Shown piece by piece: positions 1 to 12,000 of a stretch of DNA of 64,000 nucleotides (position 1 is the first letter of the stretch; every line of letters starts with the position of its first letter). A model generated the notes under the pieces. That model did not search any database and was not told where the DNA came from. It saw only the letters and a program-made list of their open reading frames with translations. This DNA is from Alphaproteobacteria bacterium (lineage in GTDB: Bacteria; Pseudomonadota; Alphaproteobacteria; GCA-2731375), in the NCBI GenBank assembly GCA_965232515.1, contig CBDDPY010000002.1, positions 7,040,001-7,104,000 of the forward strand. Reading direction: 5' to 3'. The position numbers and the translations under genes were made by a program.

Positions 1-3000
1 CATCGATGCCGGCGCCGCCGTCGAGAACATCATCGCCGCCGTTGCCACGAAGGACGTCGTCGCCCGAAGCACCGCTCAAGCTGTCGCTGACGGCACTGCC
101 GGCCAACGCATCGTTGCCGTCGCCGCCGCTCAGGCTCTGGCCGTCGCCCTCATAGACCTTCGCATAAACGCCGTAGCCACTGCCGTCCTGGTCTTGCGAT
201 TTCCAGGCCGTGACAAAGCCGCCGTCGGCCCGGCCTGCCACGACCGCGAAGCTCTGGTCCCCCGCCGTGTAGTCGTTCAGCCGGAACTCGCCGCCAACCG
301 CGTTCCCCGTCGCGTCGTAACGTTGCGCGTAGGCGCCCATACCGGTCGCGCCGCCGTCCTGCAATTCCGACGACCAACTGACCAGGAAGCCGCCATCGGC
401 CAGCGCCGTCACCGCGGCGACCGACTGCGCCCCCGTCACATGGCTGTTGACCTGGAACTCGCCGCCGACGGTTACGCCGGAAGCGTCATACCGCTGCCCA
501 TAAATGCCGTAGCCCGAACCGTCCTGACCAAGCGACTGCCACACCACCACGAACCCGCCATCCAACAGCGCCGCCGCCACCGGATAGGCCTGGATGTCAC
601 TGGTGTGCGTGTTGACCTCGAACTCGCCGCCCAACGCCACGCCCGCCGCGTCGTAACGCTGACCGGTAATGCCCTGAATGCTGCCGTCCTGCGACGACGT
701 CCAGACCACCGCGAAGCCGCCCCCCGACAGCCCGATGACCCAAGGATCGCGCTGGTCGCCAACCGTTGTCGTGTTAATCCGGAACTCGCCGCCGACAGCC
801 GTCCCGGTCGCGTCGTAACGCTGGCCATAGACGCCTAGCGTGTCACCGTCCTGGCCGCTCGATCGCCAGGCGATCACATAGCCGCCGTCCAATAGTCCGG
901 CCACCGACGGCACCCATTGGTGATCCGTCGTGTAACTGTTCGCCCGAAACTCGCCGCCAACCGCTGTGCCGGCCGCGTCATACCGTTGCCCGTAGATGCC
1001 GAGACCGCCGCCGTCCTGACCGTCCGACGGCCAGACAACAACAAAACCGCCGTCCGACAACGCCGCCACCCGCGGTTCGTATTGATCGCCGACCGTATGG
1101 CTGTTCACCCGGAACTCACCGCCAACCGCTGTACCGGAAGCGTCATAGCGTTGGCCATAGGCGCCATAGCCAGAACCGTCCTGCAGGCTCGAACGCCACA
1201 CAACCACATGCCCGCCGTCCGACAACACCGCAACCGACGGCGTCGACTGCTCGCCCGTGGTGTAGCTGTTCACCTGGAACTCGGTGTCCCCATAGACCTT
1301 GGCGAACACACCATAGTCGCTGCCGTCCTGGCCGAAGGACTGCCAGCTGATGACAAAGCCGCCGTCTGGACGGGCGTCGATGGCCTGAAGGCGCTGTTCG
1401 GCCGGCGTACCGGGCGTGTAGTCGCTGACCTGGAACTCGTCGCCGAGCGGATTGCCGCCGGTATCATAGCGCCGCGCAAAGACCTTGTTCTCGGGCGCGT
1501 TGACACTGTCATGTGACATCCAGGCGATGACAAAGCCGCCGTCAGCCAGGGCCGTCACGCGGGCATATGCCTGGTTGTTCGCTGTTTGCGTATTGACCTG
1601 AAACTCCGGACCGACAACACCGCCGGTGGCGTCGTAACGTTGGGCGTAGACGCCATAGCCGGAGCCATCCTGCCCGTTCGACACCCAGACGACGATGAAG
1701 CCGCCGTCATGCAACGCACCGATTGCCGACGACAGCTGGTCGCCGGTGGTGTGGCTGTTGACCTGGAACTCCACACCCATCCGGCTGCCGTTGGCGGCAA
1801 ACCGCTGACCGTGGACGCCGTAGCCGTTACCGTCCTGGCCGTCCGACCGCCAGGTCACGACAAACCCACCGTCTAGCAGTGCCGTGACGACGGCTGCAGA
1901 TTGCATGCCTGCCGTGTGGGTGTTGATCTGGAACTCACCGCCGACGACCTTGCCTTCGGCATCGTAGCGTTGGCCATAGATGCCGCGCTCGCTGCCATCC
2001 TGGCCCTCCGCCGACCAGGTCACGACGAAGCCATCATCTGGCAGCACGGCGATATCCGAGCCGCGTTGGGCGCCGGCGGTGGTGGTGTTTACCTGGAACT
2101 CACCGCCGACCGGCGTGCCGCTGGCGTTGTAGCGCTGGCCGAAGATACCGGTGCTACTGCCGTCCTGGCCATCGGACCACCAGACGACGATGAACGCGCC
2201 GTTCGAGAAGCTGGCGACCCGGGGGTTTTCCTGATGGCTGGTGGTATAGCTGTTGACCCGGAACTCCGGCCCGACGGCGTCGCCGGTCGCGTCGAAGCGC
2301 TGCGCGTAGACGTTGCTGGTGGCGCCTTCCTGATTGTCTGACCGCCAGGCGACCACGAAGCCGCCGTCGGGGAGGGTGGCCATATGACCCTTAGCTTGAA
2401 AGCCCGTCGTAAAGGTGTTGGCCCGGCGCTCCTCGCTCGTCGCGACGTTGGCCAATTGGTCGGCGACGTCGATGGTGATCTGCCCGACGGCGACATTGCC
2501 GCCGGCATCGGTGACCTTGTAGTCGAAGCTGTCGGCGCCGGTGTAGCCGGACGACGCGGTGTAGGTCCAGGAACCGCTGGCATTCAGCGTCAGCTGTCCG
2601 TGGGTCGCATCCTGTGCCAAGGCGTAGGTCAACAGCTCCGGCGCCGTCGCGTCGTCCGTCGCGCCCAATTGGCCGTTGATGGTGCCGTTCCTGCCGACCG
2701 AGGCAATGCCGCCCACCGGGGTCGGTAGCGTCGCGAGGTCGACATCGCCGTCGGCAAAGCGCAGGGTCTCGATGCCGGTCAGCGTGTCGGTGCCGTCCGC
2801 CGGCGTCGCCCGGCGGTCCTCGACGACCGTCTCAACGCCATTGCGACGGATCCAATAGTCCGCGATGTTGCCGCCGTAGATCGCGACATCGCTCCCGGCG
2901 CCGCCGTCCAGAACGTCATCACCGCCATCGCCACGCAATACATCATCGCCAGAGGCGCCGGAAATCAGGTCGCTGCCGCCATCGCCCAACAACGTATCGT

Positions 3001-6000
3001 GGCCGATGCCGCCGCTAATGACCAATCCGGCCGGGTCGTCATGGACGTCAATCACGACCTGACCAATCGAAACATTGCCGTCGGTGTCGGTAACTCGATA
3101 GTCAAAGCTGTCGACGCCGGCATAGCCCGGGTCCGGGGAATAGGACCAAGAACCGTCGGCGGCTAGCGTTAGCGTCCCGTTGGCCACGTCTTGGGCAATG
3201 GCATAGGTCAGCAAATTTGATGCCGTGACGTCGTCGACCGCGCTCAGCTGCCCTGCGACCGAACCGTCCTTCTCGACTGACGCTGAACTGTCGACGGTCT
3301 CCGGCGATGCCGCGACATCGACATCGCCATCGGCGAAGCGCAGCGTCTCGACGCCGGTCAGCGTGTCGGTGCCGTCCGCCGGCGTCGCCCGGCGGTCCTC
3401 GACGACCGTCTCCGAGCCATTGCGCCGGATCCAGTAGTCCGAAGCATTGCCGCCGTAGACCGCGACATCGCTCCCGGCGCCGCCATCCAGAACGTCATCA
3501 CCGCCATTACCCTGCAGGACGTCGTCACCCAACCCACCGCTCAGAACATCACCGCCAAGCCCGCCGGCCAACGCATCGGGACCGTCGGTAGAGGTCGACA
3601 TGCTGCCGGAAAGGTCGAGCCGGTACATCCGGGCATAGGCGGTGCCCTGAATCACGCCGACTTGCGTGTCCGACCACCAGCTGAACAACACCCGTCCATC
3701 CGACGCCGTTGCGACGGACGAGTTGCGCGGCCCCTCCTGAGCGGCGGTCTCCGAAACCAGAAACTCGCCCCCGATGGCCTGCCCGGCACTGTCGTAGCGC
3801 CGTGCATAGGCGCCCAGGCCGCTGTCGTAGTGGAGCCCCGAGGTGATCGCCGAGTGATACCAGGTGACGACAAAGCCGCCGTCCGGCAACGCCGCCACGT
3901 TCGAGCCGGATTGATTGCCCGATGTCGTCTCGTTGACCCGGAACTCGTCGCCAACGCTGTTGCCGTCGGCATCAAAGCGTTGACCGTAAACCCCGCCGGA
4001 ATCACCATCCTGGCCGTCGGTCTGCCAGATCACAACAAAACCGCCGTCGGCAAGGCCGGCTACCGTCGCGGCTCCTTGATAGCCCGCCGTCGTGCTGTTG
4101 ATCTGGAACTCACTGCCGACGGTTGTGCCGGTGGCATCATAACGCTGGCCGAAAACCCCGCCGCCGTCGCCGTCCTGGCCGTCCGAACGCCAGGTGACGA
4201 CAAAGCCGCCACCGGACAGACGGCTTATATTGACGTCCGACTGCGTGCCGGCAGTGGCCGTGTTGACCCGGAACTCCGCCGTGCCAACGGCCGCACCGTT
4301 CGCATCATAGCGCTGGCCATAGACGCCCCATTCGCTCCCGTCCTGGAGGTTCGAGATCCAGACGGCGACAAAGCCACCATCGGCAAGGGCCTCGACACGC
4401 GGATTGAGTTGATAGTCCGCCGTCGTCGTGTTGATCCGGAACTCCGCGCCAACGGCCGTGCCTGAGGCGTCGTAGCGTTGCCCGTAGGCGCCCGACTGCG
4501 ATCCGTCGTGATAGGAATACCAGGTGACGACAAAGCCGCCGTCGATCAGCGCGGTGACATTCGCGCCTTCCTGAATGCCGGTCGTATGGGAGTTGACCTG
4601 GAATGCGGAGCCAATTGGCGTACCGTCGTCGTTGAATCGGCGGCCAAAGACGCCCCAACTGTCGCCATCGGCGGCATGCGACATCCACACCAATACATAA
4701 CCGCCGCCAGACAACAGCGCGCCCACCGGGTGATGCTCGGTGTGCGGCGACTGGTCGCTGACAACGAACTTGTCGCCCAGCACGGACCAGGCAGATGGCT
4801 CGGCGGACACATCGACCCCGACGGTCGTCACATCGCGCAAACCGCCGGCGTCCGTCGCCGTGATCTCAAAACTGTCGGCCCCGGTAAAGTCGGCCGCCGC
4901 CTCATACTCATAGTCGCCCGTCGCGGCATTCGTTATCCGTACCCGGCTACCTGAGGACAACGTAACCCAGCCATTCGCGTCCGGTGTGCCGGGGATGCCG
5001 AAGGTCAGGTTCTCCACCCCGCCGTCGTCCGTCGCGCCGACCGAACCCGATGCCAGACCGCCTGACGTCACCGAGACCACGCCCGCCGTCACATCCGGCG
5101 ATGCCGCGACATCGACATCGCCATCGGCGAAGCGCAGCGTCTCGACGCCGGTCAGCGTGTCGGTGCCGTCCGCCGGCGTCGCCCGGCGGTCCTCGACGAC
5201 CGTCTCCGAGCCATTGCGCCGGATCCAGTAGTCCGAAGCATTGCCGCCGTAGACCGCGACATCGCTCCCGGCGCCGCCATCCAGAACGTCATCACCGCCA
5301 TTACCCTGCAGGACGTCGTCACCCAACCCACCGCTCAGAACATCACCGCCAAGCCCGCCGGCCAACGCATCGGGACCGTCGGTAGAGGTCGACATGCTGC
5401 CGGAAAGGTCGAGCCGGTACATCCGGGCATAGGCGGTGCCCTGAATCACGCCGACTTGCGTGTCCGACCACCAGCTGAACAACACCCGTCCATCCGACGC
5501 CGTTGCGACGGACGAGTTGCGCGGCCCCTCCTGAGCGGCGGTCTCCGAAACCAGAAACTCGCCCCCGATGGCCTGCCCGGCACTGTCGTAGCGCCGTGCA
5601 TAGGCGCCCAGGCCGCTGTCGTAGTGGAGCCCCGAGGTGATCGCCGAGTGATACCAGGTGACGACAAAGCCGCCGTCCGGCAACGCCGCCACGTTCGAGC
5701 CGGATTGATTGCCCGATGTCGTCTCGTTGACCCGGAACTCGTCGCCAACGCTGTTGCCGTCGGCATCAAAGCGTTGACCGTAAACCCCGCCGGAATCACC
5801 ATCCTGGCCGTCGGTCTGCCAGATCACAACAAAACCGCCGTCGGCAAGGCCGGCTACCGTCGCGGCTCCTTGATAGCCCGCCGTCGTGCTGTTGATCTGG
5901 AACTCACTGCCGACGGTTGTGCCGGTGGCATCATAACGCTGGCCGAAAACCCCGCCGCCGTCGCCGTCCTGGCCGTCCGAACGCCAGGTGACGACAAAGC

Positions 6001-9000
6001 CGCCACCGGACAGACGGCTTATATTGACGTCCGACTGCGTGCCGGCAGTGGCCGTGTTGACCCGGAACTCCGCCGTGCCAACGGCCGCACCGTTCGCATC
6101 ATAGCGCTGGCCATAGACGCCCCATTCGCTCCCGTCCTGGAGGTTCGAGATCCAGACGGCGACAAAGCCACCATCGGCAAGGGCCTCGACACGCGGATTG
6201 AGTTGATAGTCCGCCGTCGTCGTGTTGATCCGGAACTCCGCGCCAACGGCCGTGCCTGAGGCGTCGTAGCGTTGCCCGTAGGCGCCCGACTGCGATCCGT
6301 CGTGATAGGAATACCAGGTGACGACAAAGCCGCCGTCGATCAGCGCGGTGACATTCGCGCCTTCCTGAATGCCGGTCGTATGGGAGTTGACCTGGAATGC
6401 GGAGCCAATTGGCGTACCGTCGTCGTTGAATCGGCGGCCAAAGACGCCCCAACTGTCGCCATCGGCGGCATGCGACATCCACACCAATACATAACCGCCG
6501 CCAGACAACAGCGCGCCCACCGGGTGATGCTCGGTGTGCGGCGACTGGTCGCTGACAACGAACTTGTCGCCCAGCACGGACCAGGCAGATGGCTCGGCGG
6601 ACACATCGACCCCGACGGTCGTCACATCGCGCAAACCGCCGGCGTCCGTCGCCGTGATCTCAAAACTGTCGGCCCCGGTAAAGTCGGCCGCCGCCTCATA
6701 CTCATAGTCGCCCGTCGCGGCATTCGTTATCCGTACCCGGCTACCTGAGGACAACGTAACCCAGCCATTCGCGTCCGGTGTGCCGGGGATGCCGAAGGTC
6801 AGGTTCTCCACCCCGCCGTCGTCCGTCGCGCCGACCGAACCCGATGCCAGACCGCCTGACGTCACCGAGACCACGCCCGCCGTCACATCCGGCGATGCCG
6901 CGACATCGACATCGCCATCGGCGAAGCGCAGCGTCTCGACGCCGGTCAGCGTGTCGGTGCCGTCCGCCGGCGTCGCCCGGCGGTCCTCGACGACCGTCTC
7001 CGAGCCATTGCGCCGGATCCAGTAGTCCGAAGCATTGCCGCCGTAGACCGCGACATCGCTCCCGGCGCCGCCATCCAGAACGTCATCACCGCCATTACCC
7101 TGCAGGACGTCGTCACCCAACCCACCGCTCAGCATGTCGGAGCCGGCGCTGCCGGCAAGGCCGTCATCGCCGCCGCTGCCGACCGCTGTCTGACCATTGT
7201 TGCCGCCAGCTCCGGCATAGATCTTCGTGACGATGCCTTCCTCGCTGCCGTCCTGGCCGACCGACGCCCAGCTCACAACAAAGCCACCGTCGGCTCGCGC
7301 CGCCACGCTCGGGCGGATCTGCCGGTCGAGCGTCGTGTCGTTGATCCGGAACTCACTGCCGACTGGCCGGCTCAGCGCGTCATAGCGCTGGCCGTAAACC
7401 CCATCCGCCGAACCGTCCTGAAGGTTCGAGTACCAGACCACGACGAAGCCGCCGTCCGTCAGTCCGGCCAGCACCGGGTGGAACTGAATGTCGGTGACAT
7501 GCGTGTTGATCTGGAATTCGTCGCCGACCGTATTGCCACTGGCATCATAGCGCTGGCCGTAAACACCCCATTCGCTGCCGTCCTGATAGCGCGAGTGCCA
7601 GGCAACGACGAAGCCGCCGTCGGCGAGCTCGGCTATCACGGACTCGTCCTGTGCGCCCGCGGTATAGCTGTTGACGCGGAATTCGCCGCCCAGCGCCGTT
7701 CCGTTCACGTCGTAGCGTTGGCCGTAGACGCCAAAGCCGTCGCCGTCCTGGCCGTCCGAGCTCCAGGTAACCACAAAGCTGTCGTTCGACAGGACCGCCA
7801 CCGAGGCAGCGTGTTGATTGCCCGTCGTGAAAGTATTGATCTGGAATTCGGGCCCGGTGGCGACGCCAGCCGCGGTGTAGCGCTGGCCGACGATTGCCGT
7901 CTGGGAGCCGTCGATGTTGTCCGAGTACCAGACCACGACAAACCCGCCGCCGGAAAATGCCGACACCGATGGCGTGTATTGGTGATTGGTGGTGGACGTG
8001 TTGACACGGAACTCGCTGCCGACTGCGGCGCCCGCGCCATCGTAGCGCTGCGCGTAGATGCCCCGACCGCTGCCGTCTTGGCCGTCCGACTGCCAGCTCA
8101 CCACAAAGCCGCCGCCGGACAGCGCCGCCACCTGCGGCGTGAACTGGTCGCCGGTGGTGTGGCTGTTGACCCGGAACTCACCGCCCAGCGCCGTGCCGGC
8201 GGCGTTGAAGCGCTGGCCGTAAACCCCCAGACCGCCGCCGTCCTGGCCGGTCGAATGCCAAACCGTGACAAGACTGCCGTCTGATAGCACTGCGACCGAC
8301 GGATAGTTCTGGCCCAGCGCCGTGTGCGCATTAACCTGAAGCTCGCTGCCGGCCGTCACCGCCGTCGTCGCGGGCACCACGTCGACGTTGATCGTCGCCA
8401 CCGAGACATTGCCGTCGGCATCGGTGACCTTGTAATCGAAGCGGTCGGCGCCGACATAGCCCGCCGTCGGGGTATAGGACCAGGAACCGGCGGCATTGAG
8501 CGTCAGCGCGCCGTGTGCCGGGCTCTGCGCCACCGCATAGCTCAGTAGCTCCGGCGCAGTGGTGTCGTCGGTCATGCTGAGCTGACCGGTGACGCTGCCG
8601 TCCTTGCCGACGGACGCAAGACCGTCAGCCGCCTCAGGCGATGCCGCGACATCGACATCGCCATCGGCAAAGCGCAGGGTCTCGACGCCGGTCAGCGTGT
8701 CGGTGCCGTCCGCCGGCGTCGCCCGACGGTCTTCCACGACCGTCTCCGAGCCATTGCGCCGGATCCAGTAGTCCGAAGCATTGCCGCCGTAGACCGCGAC
8801 ATCGCTCCCGGCGCCGCCATCCAGAACGTCATCACCGCCATTACCCTGCAGGACGTCATCACCTGACCCACCGCTCAGCATGTCGGAGCCGGCGCTGCCG
8901 GCAAGGCCGTCATCGCCGCCGCTGCCGACCGCTGTCTGACCATTGTTGCCGCCAGCTCCGGCATAGATCTTCGTGACGATGCCTTCCTCGCTGCCGTCCT

Positions 9001-12000
9001 GGCCGACCGACGCCCAGCTCACAACAAAGCCACCGTCGGCTCGCGCCGCCACGCTCGGGCGGATCTGCCGGTCGAGCGTCGTGTCGTTGATCCGGAACTC
9101 ACTGCCGACTGGCCGGCTCAGCGCGTCATAGCGCTGGCCGTAAACCCCATCCGCCGAACCGTCCTGAAGGTTCGAGTACCAGACCACGACGAAGCCGCCG
9201 TCCGTCAGTCCGGCCAGCACCGGGTGGAACTGAATGTCGGTGACATGCGTGTTGACCCGAAACTCGCCGCCGACCGTATTGCCGCTGGCATCGTAGCGCT
9301 GGCCGTAAACACCCCATTCGCTTCCGTCCTGATATCGCGAGTGCCAGGCAACGACGAAGCCGCCGTCGGCGAGCTCGGCGATCATGGGCTCGTCCTGTGC
9401 GCCCGCGGTGTAGCTGTTGACGCGGAATTCGCCGCCCAGCGCCGTCCCGTTCACGTCGTAGCGTTGGCCGTAGACGCCAAAGCCGTCGCCGTCCTGGCCT
9501 TCCGAGCCCCAGGTGATGACGAAGCTGTCGTCGGACAGGACACGAACGCGCGGGAAATACTGCTTGTCCGCCGTATGGGTGTTGATCTGGAATTCGGGCC
9601 CGGTCGCAACGCCGGCGGCCGTGTAGCGCTGGCCGACGATCGCCGTCTGGGAGCCGTCGATGTTGTCCGAGTACCAGACCACGACAAACCCGCCGCCCGA
9701 AAACGCCGATACAGATGGCCGGCGCTGATGGTTGGTGGTCGAGGCGTTGGCCCGGAACTCGCCGCCGACCTTGTTGCCGGCGGCGTCATGGCGTTGCCCG
9801 TAAACACCAAACCCGCTGCCGTCCTGGCTGTCAGATTCCCAAACGACGACAAAGCCGCCGCCGGACAGCGCCGAAACACGAGGATGGCGTTGATCGTTGG
9901 TGGTGTGGGTGTTGATGAGGAATTCAGTGCCGAGCGCGGAGCCCGCGGCATCGAAACGCTGGCCGTAGGCGCCCATACCGCCGCCATCCTGGCCATCCGA
10001 ATACCAGACCGTGACAAAGCTGCCGTCGGCGAGCACCGCCACCGATGGAATTGATTGGGCGAGCGCGGTGTGGGTATTGACCTGGATTTCGGTGCCGGCG
10101 GTGACGGCGGTCGTCGGCGGCACGACCTCGACGGTGATCGTGGCGACCGAGACATTACCGTCTGCGTCAGTGACGCGGTAGTCGAAGCTGTCGGCGCCGG
10201 TGTAGCCGGCGTTGGGGGTGTAGGTCCAGGAGCCGTCGGCATTCAGCGTCAGCGTGCCGTGCGCTGTGTCCTGCGCTTTTGCGTAGGTCAGCAGCTCCGG
10301 CGCGGTGGCGTCGTCGGCCACGCTGAGCTGGCCGGTGACGTTGCCGTCCTTGCCGACCGACGCAAGGCCGTCGGTGGCGAAGGGCAGGGTGGAGACGAGG
10401 ACGGCCTGATCCGCGAACTGGAGGCGTTCGATGCCGGTCAGCGTATCGGTGCCGTCGTCGCCGTTGGTGGTGCCGTTGAGGTCGCGGACGGTGAGGCCGC
10501 CGGCTGTGCCGATGATCTCGTAGTCGGCGCGGTTGCCACGATAGACCGCGGTGTCGAAACCGCTGCCGCCGATCAGCGTATCGTCGCCGCTGCCGCCGGT
10601 CAGGCGGTCGCTGCCGCCGCCGCCGTCGATCACGTTGGCGTCAGCGCTGCCGAACACGGTGTCGGCCCAGGCCGAGGCGACGACGTTCTCGACGCTGCGC
10701 AGCCGGTCGCCCTCAGCCTCGCCACCTTCCGACGCATCGCGGCCGAGATGGACCGCGACCTCGTCGCCGGAGTGGGCGTAGGAGGCGGTGTCGATGCCGG
10801 CGCCGCCATCGAGCCAGTCGGCGCCGCTGCCGCCGTGCAGCGCGTCGTCGTCGTCGCCGCCCAGCAGCCGGTCGTCGCCGGCCTCGCCGTAGAGGAGGTC
10901 GGCGCCGGCCTTGCCGCGTACGCGGTCATCGCCCGTGCCGCCGGAGAGGTAGTCGTCGCCGGCCTCGCCGGAGATATGGTCGTCCCCGCCGGCGCCGGCC
11001 AGGAAGTCGGTGCCGGCCGTGCCGGTCAACACCTCGTCCCTCGCGTCGCCCTCGATGACCGAGGCCTCGGAGAGTGTGACGACGCTGCCGTCGCTGAACT
11101 GCAGCTTCTCGATGCGGCTGTCGGCGTTGGCCCAGTCGACCAGGCGCACGCGGTCGCTCAATGCGAGCACGGGCATGTCCGGGCTCAACGGGCTGCGCAG
11201 GCCGAACAGCAGGTCGTGCGGATCGTCCGGGTTGGCGCCGATGCGGTCGAAGCCGAAGACCAGATCGGCGAGCGTGATACCGGCCCCGAATTTCAGCGTA
11301 TCGACGCCGCCGTCCGACTGTTTGCGCTCGGATTCCGGCACGGTCTGATACTCCACCACGACGGCGTCACGCGTGCCGGTATGCGTAACGTATTCGTACT
11401 TCGTGCGCTGGACGTCACGCCATTCCTGTCGGATTTCCTTGACGTAGTAGGTCTCGGTGATCAAGCCATAGGTGAAGGCATCCCCACCGCCAGGACCGTC
11501 ATATGCCGTGTAAACCTGGCCGGTATAGGCGCTCCAGGTAATGTCTTCGCCGGATCCGCCGCTGATATATCGCCAGCCGACCAAGGTCTGGTCTTCGCCC
11601 TGATAGGTATAGACCGGGCGGACGCCGACCTGTCGCGTAACTTGCTTGGGCACGTTGACTTCGTAGGTGTAGAGCTCGCGCGCCGTATAGGTGATGGGCG
11701 TCAGGACCTGATAGTCGAAATTGACCGGCTGCACGGTCTCGACAGGCACCTCGGTGGTGGTGACCTCGTCGTACCAGTGGCCGTCCAGCATGTGGTCGAT
11801 GCCGTCGCCGCGGCCGTATTCGTAGATGTCGTCACCGAGCCCGCCTTCGAGCGCGTCGTCGCCGCGGCCACCGGTCAGGATGTCGGCACCGGCGCCGCCC
11901 TGGAGCAGGTTGTCTTGCGTGTCGCCGGTCAGGACGTCGTCAAAATCGGAGCCCGACAGGTTCTCGATGCCCTGCAGCACGTCGCCCTCGGCGTCGCCGC

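Noticed and set aside
3300-7132. Diversity-generating retroelement template/variable repeat pair
   Set aside because: The copies look identical rather than differing at adenines, both are in-frame coding, and there is no reverse transcriptase in the window.
150-10095. Regularly spaced repeats as a possible CRISPR array
   Set aside because: The period is 165 nt, in frame and degenerate at third codon positions, so these are protein repeats; no cas genes.
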